Positions 1 to 9,177 of a stretch of DNA of 64,000 nucleotides are shown here, piece after piece (position 1 is the first letter of the stretch; the number at the start of each line of letters is the position of its first letter). The DNA lies in the IMG/VR virus record IMGVR_UViG_3300008116_000004. One strand, written 5' to 3'. This DNA is from a virus. The position numbers and the translations under genes were made by a program. Below the pieces are notes generated by a model. It was not told where the DNA came from, did no database searches, and worked only from the letters and a program-made list of their open reading frames with translations.

Positions 1-1229
1 AAGTTGCCAGTATCGCCTTTAGAACCTGTATATCCTATTGAACCAGTATAACCGAGATCACCTTTAGATCCGGTATAACCCATAGAACCTTCATAACCGG
101 TTGCACCTCTTGATCCTTGATAACCTACAGGACCTTGATCACCTTCAGATCCTGCATATCCAGTACCACCTAACGCTAAACCAAAATATCTTATTTCAAT
201 TTCAGCACCTTGTGGTGGTGCATATCCTAGCGTGAGAGTTGTTCCAGAAACAGTGTAGTCAGTTTCAGGTGTTTCTAAGAGACCATTAACGAATACGAAA
301 ATGTGTGAAGCGTTAGAAGTATAATCTGATAAGGTAAATATAGTATTACTACCATTACCAGTATATCTTGACGTCTTATAAGGATATCCTATATCACCTA
401 TAGAACCAGTAAAACCTATAGAACCAGTAAAGCCTATTGAGCCTGTATAACCAGTGTTACCTCCTGGTGCACCAGCTGATCCTTGAAAACCTATAGAACC
501 TTGATAACCAACAGAACCTAGGTAACCAGCAGACCCTTGTGAGCCTACAGAACCTGTATAACCTACTGAACCAGAATAACCAACAGTACCTTGTACGATA
601 TCAAAATATCTTACTTCTATATCTGAACCATTATTAGGTGCAGCAGAAAGTATAAGTGTAGAACCAGAGATAGTATAATCAGTAGTAGGTAGTTGTAGAA
701 GACCGTTAACACTTACTATGATCTGAATAGGATCGCTAACAGATTCAGAAAGTGTAAATTGAGTATTACTTCCATTACCAGTGTATGTGCTGCTCTTAGA
801 AGGCTTACCAGCAGCACCCACTGTACCTGCAGGTCCTGCAGACCCGGAGTAACCTATAGAACCGGTATAACCGGTTGATCCACCAGGAGCACCAGCTGAT
901 CCTTGATAACCAGCAGAACCTAAAGAACCAGAATAACCAGTCGCACCAGCTGAACCTGTGTAACCGGTAGATCCAGTTACACCTGCAGAACCTTGATAAC
1001 CTGTATTGCTATCAAGTTCAATATATCTGATTTCTATGTCTGAACTAGTAAAAGGGGTTGTAGTTAAGTAAAGATTTGTGGAACTTACTGTGTAATCCAC
1101 ATCTGGCACTTGAACCAGACCATTTATCGAAACTATTATACTATTTGCTTGATTTACTGCGCGATCTAATGTAAAATTATTAGCAGTACCGTTAGCAGAC
1201 AGTGTCTGACTGTAAAAAGTAAGTGCCAT
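1..1229 (-). CDS. Collagen-like tail/head fibre protein (N-terminal part; runs off the left edge)
   Basis: Not in ORF track. ATG at 1229 (MALTFYSQTLS...). Three copies of a ~70-aa domain (YTGNGSNTxFTLS...VNGLLQxPxxDYTxSG...IExRY) alternate with Gly-X-Y runs such as GYTGSIGFTGSIG. Confidence 0.8.
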   Translation of the reverse strand, partial: MALTFYSQTLSANGTANNFTLDRAVNQANSIIVSINGLVQVPDVDYTVSSTNLYLTTTPFTSSDIEIRYIELDSNTGYQGSAGVTGSTGYTGSAGATGYSGSLGSAGYQGSAGAPGGSTGYTGSIGYSGSAGPAGTVGAAGKPSKSSTYTGNGSNTQFTLSESVSDPIQIIVSVNGLLQLPTTDYTISGSTLILSAAPNNGSDIEVRYFDIVQGTVGYSGSVGYTGSVGSQGSAGYLGSVGYQGSIGFQGSAGAPGGNTGYTGSIGFTGSIGFTGSIGDIGYPYKTSRYTGNGSNTIFTLSDYTSNASHIFVFVNGLLETPETDYTVSGTTLTLGYAPPQGAEIEIRYFGLALGGTGYAGSEGDQGPVGYQGSRGATGYEGSMGYTGSKGDLGYTGSIGYTGSKGDTGN

Positions 1230-1237
1230 CTATTACC

Positions 1238-1266
1238 TATAAATAAAAGTATCCTTGATATTTATG
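1238..1266. promoter_or_regulatory. Divergent pair of T4-type late promoters
   Basis: TATAAATA at 1238-1245 (+) faces the glycosyltransferase; CATAAATA at 1259-1266 (-) faces the collagen gene. Confidence 0.6.
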
Positions 1267-1284
1267 TTTTGTTATGAGGTTATT

Positions 1285-4011
1285 ATGAAATACCCAACTA
1301 TTGCTTTTCTTGATTTGATCGGTCTTGTTTATGATGGCACTACGCTATCAAAAAGAGGACTTGGCGGTTCTGAATCAGCGGTAATCCTTATCTCTAAAGA
1401 ACTTGCAAAATTAGGGTTCAACGTCACAGTATTCAATGCTTGTCAAGAAGATGATAGCATACCAGGTATTTATGATGGTGTAACTTATAGGCCTATCACC
1501 AGCCTCAATCAAAACGATAAGTTTGATATTGTAATATCATCTAGAACAGTAGTACCATTCGTCCCAGATCATTATTATGATGCATATAAAAATGCAACTA
1601 GACATCATCCATCTCTATTTAAAACTATTAGAGATAATGCAAAGCTTAAAATCATGTGGATGCATGATACATTTGCAAACGGAGATCTTAATCTAGAAGA
1701 TTTAGTAGTTAATGATTATATTGATTATATTTTCACACTCTCTGATTTTCATACTGCATATGTTACAAACTGCAATCACGGTAAAAGGCGTAATTTTGAG
1801 GTATTAAAAAACAAAGTATTTCAAACTAGAAATGCAGTTGTTCAATATATCGATGAAGTTGATATCTCTAAAAAAGATAGAGATCTTTTTGTTTATAATG
1901 CATCAGTAACAAAAGGTATGCTTCCTCTCATTGATAGAATTTGGCCGAGAATTAAACAATATATTCCTCAGGCTAAGTTGAAGATTGTTGGTGGTTACTA
2001 TAAATTTAGAGATGATTCACCTTTGGATGCTCAGGGTGAAACTCTTATGAAGCTTGTTAAAGAACAAAAATATAAAGATTTAGATATTGAGTTTACAGGT
2101 ATTATTACTCAGAAAGAAATTGCAGAACTGCTTGCAAAAGCAAACATGTTTCTATTTCCAGGAGCATTCCCAGAAACATTTGGTATCTCTACTCTTGAAT
2201 CACTAACATATAATACACCATTGGTTGCAACACGATTTGGTGCTTTAGAAGAAACTGCAGTAGATCTTGCATCATACTTTATTGATTATGCAATTGAACC
2301 AAATAGCCTCTTTACAGAAATTAATATTGATCATCAGGTAGAAAAATTTGTAGAGAAAGTTATTAGAGCATACAAAGATCCTTACCTACATCAACAAAAA
2401 CAATACTACTGCAATATTATTAAAGATATTCATACATGGGATACAGTTGCATTGCAATGGAAGCAGTTATTCTTAAAGATGTTTGGGCAGTATATGCCTG
2501 TAGAAGAATACCGTAAAGTATCTTATATTAATAGTAAGGTACATAAAGTATATGGTAGACGGTTTAGCAATCAAGTAGAATGGTCTGGATATAAGAGATC
2601 TGAAGAACAATCTATTGCAGTCATTACACCTTTTTACAATGCAAAAGACTATATCGTTCGTTGTATTGAATCTGTAGCATCACAAGACTATGAAAGTTGG
2701 TCATTATATCTAATAGATGATTGTAGTACAGATGATACTAAAAAAGTAATTGATGATTATGTTAATACTCTACCTATTCACATTAGATCCAAGATAATCA
2801 GGTTGCAGAATAAAACAAATATGGGTGCACCTTGTAATCAAATTAATACTATTAGAAAATTCGTAGAAGGTGACGATACTATTGTAATGCTACTAGACGG
2901 TGATGATGCATTAGCAAATAATCCTAATATCTTTAATTATTACAATAATCTATTTGCAGATAACAAAACAGATTATGCTTATGGTTCTTGCTGGTCAGAA
3001 GCAGATGATATACCTCTTATTGCTCAACCTTACCCTAAGTCTGTGAGAGAAGCAAAGACTTATCGTAATCATAAATTTAACTGGGGTATGCCATATCCAC
3101 ATCTAAGAGTATGGAAGCGTAAACTTCTTAATAATGTGCTAGATAACGCATTTAAAGATGAGAGTGGCAATTGGTATAAAGCAGGTGGAGATAATGCAAC
3201 ATTTTATAATATCTTAGAACAAGCAGATCCTAATAAAGTAGTTGCAGTTCAAGAAATATTTTATGTTTATAATGATAAAAACCCGCTTAATGATTATAAA
3301 GTAAATGGTGAGCTACAAAATAAAAATGCTTCTGTGATTGCAGGTAATAAGATCGTCAAAGAAGATAAGCCAGTAGTACAAATTAAACAAAGTGTAGAAA
3401 GTAATATTATGAAAAAGAGAATCTTGATTGCTATTCCTACAGCAAAAAATATTGAACCATCAACATTTAAATCAATCTATGATCTAGAAGTCCCAGAGGG
3501 TTATGAAACAGTATTTCAATATTTTTATGGTTATAATGTAGATCAAGTACGTAATTTAATTGCAGACTGGGTTACTAAAACACCGTTTGATTATCTCTTC
3601 TCAGTAGATTATGATATCTCTTTTGCACCAGATACTCTTAAGAAACTTCTTTCTCATGATAAAGATGTAGTAACTGGAATTTATAGACAAAGAATACCTG
3701 ACAGACAGACATTAGAGGTATTTGAAAGCAATGATAGAGGTGGTTACACACATATACCTTGGGATAAAATTAAAGGTAAGGGTTTAGTAGAGATTGGCGC
3801 ATGTGGGTTCGGTTGTGTTTTGGTTAAGAGAGAAGTGTTTGCTGCAATTGGTTATCCACAATTTGTATATAAGTCAGCAATTAACCATAACGATACTTTC
3901 TCAGAAGATCTTTACTTTGCTAAAATGGCTTCTCAAAAAGGATTTAAGATGTATGCAGATACTTCTATTATCTGCGATCATACTGGATCGTATGTGTTTA
4001 GAGTTCAGTAA
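1285..4011 (+). CDS. Multi-domain glycosyltransferase (GT4/GT-B + GT2 + GT2-like)
   Basis: GLGGSE and ETFGISTLES (GT4); VITPFYNA..LIDDCSTD..LLDGDD (GT2); C-terminal ILIAIPT..LFSVDYD..GFGCVL..SEDLYF. Start placed at ATG 1285 rather than 1255. Confidence 0.85.
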   Translation: MKYPTIAFLDLIGLVYDGTTLSKRGLGGSESAVILISKELAKLGFNVTVFNACQEDDSIPGIYDGVTYRPITSLNQNDKFDIVISSRTVVPFVPDHYYDAYKNATRHHPSLFKTIRDNAKLKIMWMHDTFANGDLNLEDLVVNDYIDYIFTLSDFHTAYVTNCNHGKRRNFEVLKNKVFQTRNAVVQYIDEVDISKKDRDLFVYNASVTKGMLPLIDRIWPRIKQYIPQAKLKIVGGYYKFRDDSPLDAQGETLMKLVKEQKYKDLDIEFTGIITQKEIAELLAKANMFLFPGAFPETFGISTLESLTYNTPLVATRFGALEETAVDLASYFIDYAIEPNSLFTEINIDHQVEKFVEKVIRAYKDPYLHQQKQYYCNIIKDIHTWDTVALQWKQLFLKMFGQYMPVEEYRKVSYINSKVHKVYGRRFSNQVEWSGYKRSEEQSIAVITPFYNAKDYIVRCIESVASQDYESWSLYLIDDCSTDDTKKVIDDYVNTLPIHIRSKIIRLQNKTNMGAPCNQINTIRKFVEGDDTIVMLLDGDDALANNPNIFNYYNNLFADNKTDYAYGSCWSEADDIPLIAQPYPKSVREAKTYRNHKFNWGMPYPHLRVWKRKLLNNVLDNAFKDESGNWYKAGGDNATFYNILEQADPNKVVAVQEIFYVYNDKNPLNDYKVNGELQNKNASVIAGNKIVKEDKPVVQIKQSVESNIMKKRILIAIPTAKNIEPSTFKSIYDLEVPEGYETVFQYFYGYNVDQVRNLIADWVTKTPFDYLFSVDYDISFAPDTLKKLLSHDKDVVTGIYRQRIPDRQTLEVFESNDRGGYTHIPWDKIKGKGLVEIGACGFGCVLVKREVFAAIGYPQFVYKSAINHNDTFSEDLYFAKMASQKGFKMYADTSIICDHTGSYVFRVQ

Positions 4012-4208
4012 TTAGTAACTGAAGGAGCTACTCTAGGAGTGGAAGGGGTTGTGCCTAGAAGATCGGTCTCTTCGTTTTTAAGAACAGAGAGAGGTTCTAT
4101 TATATAACCGGTAGTTTTTACAATAATGGTAGATTCTACAGGTGCTGATCTGGCTATAGTAATAAGTGAATCACCAGATTTTTTTATTACTATAGTACCG
4201 TCACGCAT
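4005..4208 (-). CDS. Hypothetical protein
   Basis: ORF coupled (TAATG overlap) to the upstream structural gene. Confidence 0.45.
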   Translation of the reverse strand: MRDGTIVIKKSGDSLITIARSAPVESTIIVKTTGYIIEPLSVLKNEETDLLGTTPSTPRVAPSVTNY

Positions 4209-4534
4209 TAGCGTGTAACTCCAGGATTTACAGTTATAACACCTTCTATAATTCTTGATACAACACTATTAGAAGACAATTCAAGATCATAAACATATCT
4301 TGTTGATGTCAAGTTAGCAGTAATTACAGAATTCATAGTTAATGAAATAAGACCAGAAGCACCAGTAATAGCAACATTCATAGTGTTATATGTTGTTGAA
4401 GTGTATGTTTTTCTTATTTGGCAATTGCCAGTATAACCAGAAATGTCTACTGACGTTCCATTAGCATCTACTAGATAAACATTATATAAAAAATTTGCAC
4501 CTTGATCGACAGTGAGATTAGTTTTAATTGCCAT
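4208..4534 (-). CDS. Conserved T4-like virion-associated protein
   Basis: NLTVDQGANF..YVYDLEL..RIIEGVITVNPGVTR is typical of a small beta protein found next to tail genes in exo-T-even phages. Confidence 0.6.
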   Translation of the reverse strand: MAIKTNLTVDQGANFLYNVYLVDANGTSVDISGYTGNCQIRKTYTSTTYNTMNVAITGASGLISLTMNSVITANLTSTRYVYDLELSSNSVVSRIIEGVITVNPGVTR

Positions 4535-5951
4535 TTTTTAACTTGTCGACTTCTGCTTTGAGCTCTTTAATTGCTTCTACTAATAGAGGTATTAATTTTT
4601 CATATTGAATAGTTAGATAGTTCTCATCAACAGGGGCTGGTACTACAACATAAGGTAGTACTTCTTGTACTTGTTGTGCTGATAGACCTACTTGTATTTT
4701 ATTATCATCGTAACCAAGTTCTTTTGCTTTATCATTTGCCTTATAATAAAACCCTGTTAACTTCTCTACTTTATCAAGAGCTTCTGTTATATCACCTAAT
4801 CTAGTCTTTAATCTATCATCAGAGTAAAAAGCAGTAATATCGCCGGTTGCTCTAATCTGACCTGTAGTACCGGAAGCAGCTGTACCAACACCTATTGACT
4901 TAACTTGAAAGTCAATAGTATTATTACCTGTTAACTTTTGAAGAGTAAGTTTACCAGCACCATCAGTACCAATATAGTCTTGATTTGTACCATCTACTGT
5001 TGGTAAAATAAATGTTGCAGAACCAGCAGCATTATTTGCTCTTAAAGTAGTAGAACCGCTTGTTACACCATTGAATTTAATATAGTCAGTAGTATCTATA
5101 CCAGCATATGCTACTACGTCACCAGTAAAGTAAGATATGTTAGCAGATGTAAAACCTCTAGTGAAGTAATTATTAGAACCTGTAAAATTTACATTTGCAG
5201 TAAATACAACGTTGCCAAAGAATTCAGATTGACCATTTACAGTAACACCATATTGAAAGAAATTATTTTGTCCTAAGAATGTAGTGTTACCGGTAAACAC
5301 TGAATTTGTACTTGCATTAGCAAGAGTAATAACATCTGCAAAAATATTTTTTACATAAAGAGAAGTAGATGTAAGTTTTGAATTTTGTACTAGACTGCCT
5401 GTTGGGTTATCATAAACTTCCAACATACCTCTTGTAATATAAACGTTTGCCTGCACGTCACCAACAACATGGGTGTTAGATGTCCATGCATTAAGAGCAT
5501 TTGCTTGATCTGCTCTTACTGTTGTTCTTGTAAAATAACTATTACCTACAGTTACTGAATCAGAGAATACCGCAACATTAGAAGTAATATTAGCACCTCT
5601 GATAGTAGTATTACCCATTGACATAGACGTCTTAGTATAAGTAGTAACACCATCTATTGTCATACCTGCAGATGTTAAAACTGTATTAGCAGTTGAAGAT
5701 GTTCTTATTACTACAGAAGTAGCATTAATGTAAGAATTAGAAGATGCAGTACCAAGTAATACAGAACCAGTGTTACTAGTAACTAAATTATTAGCTGTAA
5801 AATTACCTGTAATTGTTGCACTACCTACTGCAGTATTTGAACCTACAGTGACTGCTACATTAGACATAGCCTCAGCAAGCTGATTAGTTTTGGTGAGCCA
5901 TTGACCAAAAGAATCAGCTGAAACATCTACATTAGCTACAAAAACAGTCAT
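4524..5951 (-). CDS. Tail fibre/spike with C-terminal intramolecular chaperone (Peptidase S74)
   Basis: YSDDRLK cleavage motif, GLSAQQVQEVLP, YEKLIPLLVEAIKEL coiled coil; beta-rich body. Confidence 0.8.
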   Translation of the reverse strand: MTVFVANVDVSADSFGQWLTKTNQLAEAMSNVAVTVGSNTAVGSATITGNFTANNLVTSNTGSVLLGTASSNSYINATSVVIRTSSTANTVLTSAGMTIDGVTTYTKTSMSMGNTTIRGANITSNVAVFSDSVTVGNSYFTRTTVRADQANALNAWTSNTHVVGDVQANVYITRGMLEVYDNPTGSLVQNSKLTSTSLYVKNIFADVITLANASTNSVFTGNTTFLGQNNFFQYGVTVNGQSEFFGNVVFTANVNFTGSNNYFTRGFTSANISYFTGDVVAYAGIDTTDYIKFNGVTSGSTTLRANNAAGSATFILPTVDGTNQDYIGTDGAGKLTLQKLTGNNTIDFQVKSIGVGTAASGTTGQIRATGDITAFYSDDRLKTRLGDITEALDKVEKLTGFYYKANDKAKELGYDDNKIQVGLSAQQVQEVLPYVVVPAPVDENYLTIQYEKLIPLLVEAIKELKAEVDKLKNGN

Positions 5952-6188
5952 TTACTTTCTTTCTAAAATCTCTTTTAGCATTAACTTGATATCACTTATA
6001 TCTGATTTCAAGTTATCTACATCTTGTTTAATAGTATTTATTTCGTTTAGCTTCTTTTGGTTTTCAAGTCTAGCCATTCTAGCATTAATATAAGCGTCTT
6101 TACCGCTAGTATCTATGTTTATAATAGCACCTGGGTTATCTTTTTGACCAATAAATTTATCTACTTCTTTTAGTTCAACTCTATTCAT
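5952..6188 (-). CDS. Conserved small coiled-coil protein
   Basis: GAIINID motif plus C-terminal heptads; usual position after VrlC-like genes. Confidence 0.6.
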   Translation of the reverse strand: MNRVELKEVDKFIGQKDNPGAIINIDTSGKDAYINARMARLENQKKLNEINTIKQDVDNLKSDISDIKLMLKEILERK

Positions 6189-6189
6189 A

Positions 6190-9174
6190 TTACATCTGTA
6201 GTGCTATTGCTCTGACGTCACGCATAGTAGGAATGTTTACTGGGTTGCTTGATGTAAGAACAATTTTGATTGCAAATTTATTATAACGAAGGTGTTGACT
6301 TCCAGCTACATTAGTATAAGTTAATACACCTGTAGGATCAGTTCCTGTGGTTGCAGAATTAGCAAATGCAGAAGTAGAGTAAGCATTAGTGGAAGGTAAT
6401 ACGTAAATATATTCTCTGTAATCTTTTTCTGATTCGTTTTTAGCAGGTGAACTATACGCTGCACCTGAACTAATACCTCTGATAGTATCAAAACTCAATT
6501 TAGTCCAAGTTTTTGAATCGAAAGATTCTGCATCTGTTGCTTCATTTAAGAACTTACCGTATACGGATATATCAGTTCCTACCGGACGATAACCAGTTAC
6601 ATAAACTCTTAGATCTTCAGAAGGTTCTGCAAGTTGAACAATCTTTGAAATGTATTTTGCTTGTGCATTACCATATCTAGTATATTCGTTTGTCTCATCA
6701 TTATTAATCTTGTTTTGGATGTAATTGAACGTTCTAGTACCAAGATCAATAACTGGTGAGAGGTAAGGATTGTTAGTAACCAGATTAAGAGTAAATGTAG
6801 CAGAACCGTTAGCCCCATAAGATGCAGCAGCTACTTCATTAGAATAACTTCTAATTACTCTTTCATAATCTGTATAATCAATCAGTCTTTCATTTACTGT
6901 AGGTACTGCAGTTGAATCATAAGCATATGAATATGTGCTGTTAGCTGTACCTAGATAGGTTTGAGTTATTTCTGTGCCTGCAGGTTCAAAATAACTAAAC
7001 TTAGGAACAAATCCATGGTAAATAGGATCATCAATTGTTACTATCTCAGCATTAGCTATTAAGTAACTGTTAGTAATGTAAGATGTGTTACTTGAATCTG
7101 GAGTTCTAAAGAATCTTATATTTTTATATGTTGTATTGCTAAAGAGTCCGTTTGAATCTTCTAGAAAAAATACACCAGTTACTTCATCAACCTTTTTAAC
7201 TCTTGCAAACGGGTATATAGAATTGTTTGATGATAAAAACTGTGAAAGGTTAGATGCATTAGCTGCATAAACTAGGTCACCTGTCTGAATAGGTACACCT
7301 GAGTTTATTCTGTATATGTTAGTAAGAGATAGGTATTCTTCTCTTGCATTTCTAAAGACAGCTGTACCTGTTAATGGAGAAAATTTAGCTCTATAAAGAT
7401 TAAATTTCATATCTTGTGACTGATAAGGAGTCCAAGATGAACCATCAGATGAAGCATAAATTATACCTGCGTAAGGTTGACGGGTAACAGCATAACCTGT
7501 TAATACATCAGTACCACCAACATCAGAAATCCAAACTTCATAATCTGGATTATCCATTTCAGGAATTATATAGAAAAAGTATGGTCTATCTGATTGTAAA
7601 AGAATAGGATATTCAAAAGTAAATACAGTTTCAGATGATGAGTCGTTACTAGTAGTAATCTGTGAAGATAGAAGACGTGCTCTACCATGTATTCTACTTA
7701 CATCAGGAACACCTGCTACTGTTTCACAAACAACACAGGTTGCACCTAGCGTAGGGTGTTTTTTCTTAAAATATACACCAATTTGTGTTAAGTAAATACC
7801 ACCAATACCTTCACTCGATACACCTGGAACTAAAAATGTTTGTCCTACAGGATCAGGTGGTCTATCACCTGGTCTGGCTCTATCATTCTCAGGTTGCGGT
7901 TGAAATCTAGTATTTGATGTAGACCAAGATGTAGTAGTTGTATTAGATACTGTAGTAGGAGTAAATGTTGGCTCTATAACATTAAATGATAAATTTTGTT
8001 TAGTAACTGAGAGAGAATTACCTGTATAAATTGCTTCCGCTTTAGCGTAAACAGCATTTACTGCTTCATAACTATCTGCATTAAGTAATGTAAAGATTCT
8101 ATCACCTGATCTAAATGTATTAGCAGGTATAGTAAATAATACTGCTATTCTACCGTAACTATCTGTTACTAATTCTGAATTAAGCGCACCATTCTGTTCA
8201 AGAATAGATGCTTCATTACCAGCGGAAATACCAGTGCACTTAGATGGATCTAATTGACCATCAGTAGCATAAACTGCCTTGACTGTAGCAGGTGCACAAT
8301 GTACACTCACACTAACTTTATCAAAATAAGGATACATTCTGGTATTAGGTTTAAGACCTGTTGCATAAATTGCAACTGTTCTAGATCTTAAATACGGTAA
8401 AAATGAAACGTCTTTAACAAATTCACCTAAATCTTGTTTAGTGCTATTACTACCTACTTTAATATCAGTAATAGTAGTTGTAGTTTTTTGAGTAAATGTT
8501 GTTGTAGTTGTAATATTAGTACCACCACCAGTACGGTTAGATGATGTACTAGTAGTGCTTTCTGGATTACCTTGAATAGAAGATATATCTTTAAATGCAC
8601 CAGCTGCAGCTGCATCTTTAAATGCGCCTGCAATATCGATATTAACTACCTGAGGTGCTTGTAAAGTAGTATCATTACCACTATCGAAAGCGGGAAATAT
8701 ACTTAGTTTACCATTAAATTTATAGAATGACTCTGTACAATTTCTATAAGTTGTAGCATAAGGGTTACCTTCTGTCTTTTCACTCGTATAATCGAGCATA
8801 AGAAGTCTTCCAGCTAATCTAATATTAGAGCTTGTTGATGTTTGTAAATCAAACTTATGATAGAGTTCATTAAAGTTAGGTCGAGCAATAGACTTTGATG
8901 AGTCTACTGCAAGGTTAAACTCAATATCATTTGATCTTGCAATAGAATCATCATTAAAAGGATCAGCAAAAATACCATCTTTAAAACGTTCAAAGTTGCC
9001 TGAGATATCTCTAATAGAAAGAGTTTTAGCATCTAGAGCAAGAGCATTAAGAACAGTGTAATATTCAATCTTTGCAATTCTTTCTTCTAAGGCACCTATG
9101 TCTTTCATAGTGTAGCCTTTAGTATTTTTAGCAAGATTTACTTTTACTGCAAGATCTCTTCTATTATAAGTCAT
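6190..9174 (-). CDS. VrlC/DUF4815-like baseplate/structural protein, C-terminal half
   Basis: YTMKDIGALEERI..RFKDGIFADPF, DPVGQTF, DMKFNLYRAKF, YISKIVQL motifs. Confidence 0.7.
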   Translation of the reverse strand: MTYNRRDLAVKVNLAKNTKGYTMKDIGALEERIAKIEYYTVLNALALDAKTLSIRDISGNFERFKDGIFADPFNDDSIARSNDIEFNLAVDSSKSIARPNFNELYHKFDLQTSTSSNIRLAGRLLMLDYTSEKTEGNPYATTYRNCTESFYKFNGKLSIFPAFDSGNDTTLQAPQVVNIDIAGAFKDAAAAGAFKDISSIQGNPESTTSTSSNRTGGGTNITTTTTFTQKTTTTITDIKVGSNSTKQDLGEFVKDVSFLPYLRSRTVAIYATGLKPNTRMYPYFDKVSVSVHCAPATVKAVYATDGQLDPSKCTGISAGNEASILEQNGALNSELVTDSYGRIAVLFTIPANTFRSGDRIFTLLNADSYEAVNAVYAKAEAIYTGNSLSVTKQNLSFNVIEPTFTPTTVSNTTTTSWSTSNTRFQPQPENDRARPGDRPPDPVGQTFLVPGVSSEGIGGIYLTQIGVYFKKKHPTLGATCVVCETVAGVPDVSRIHGRARLLSSQITTSNDSSSETVFTFEYPILLQSDRPYFFYIIPEMDNPDYEVWISDVGGTDVLTGYAVTRQPYAGIIYASSDGSSWTPYQSQDMKFNLYRAKFSPLTGTAVFRNAREEYLSLTNIYRINSGVPIQTGDLVYAANASNLSQFLSSNNSIYPFARVKKVDEVTGVFFLEDSNGLFSNTTYKNIRFFRTPDSSNTSYITNSYLIANAEIVTIDDPIYHGFVPKFSYFEPAGTEITQTYLGTANSTYSYAYDSTAVPTVNERLIDYTDYERVIRSYSNEVAAASYGANGSATFTLNLVTNNPYLSPVIDLGTRTFNYIQNKINNDETNEYTRYGNAQAKYISKIVQLAEPSEDLRVYVTGYRPVGTDISVYGKFLNEATDAESFDSKTWTKLSFDTIRGISSGAAYSSPAKNESEKDYREYIYVLPSTNAYSTSAFANSATTGTDPTGVLTYTNVAGSQHLRYNKFAIKIVLTSSNPVNIPTMRDVRAIALQM

Positions 9175-9177
9175 ATT

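Noticed and set aside
1-1010. DNA tandem repeat or diversity-generating target
   Set aside because: Periodicity is explained by Gly-X-Y codons with synonymous variation; no reverse transcriptase in the window.
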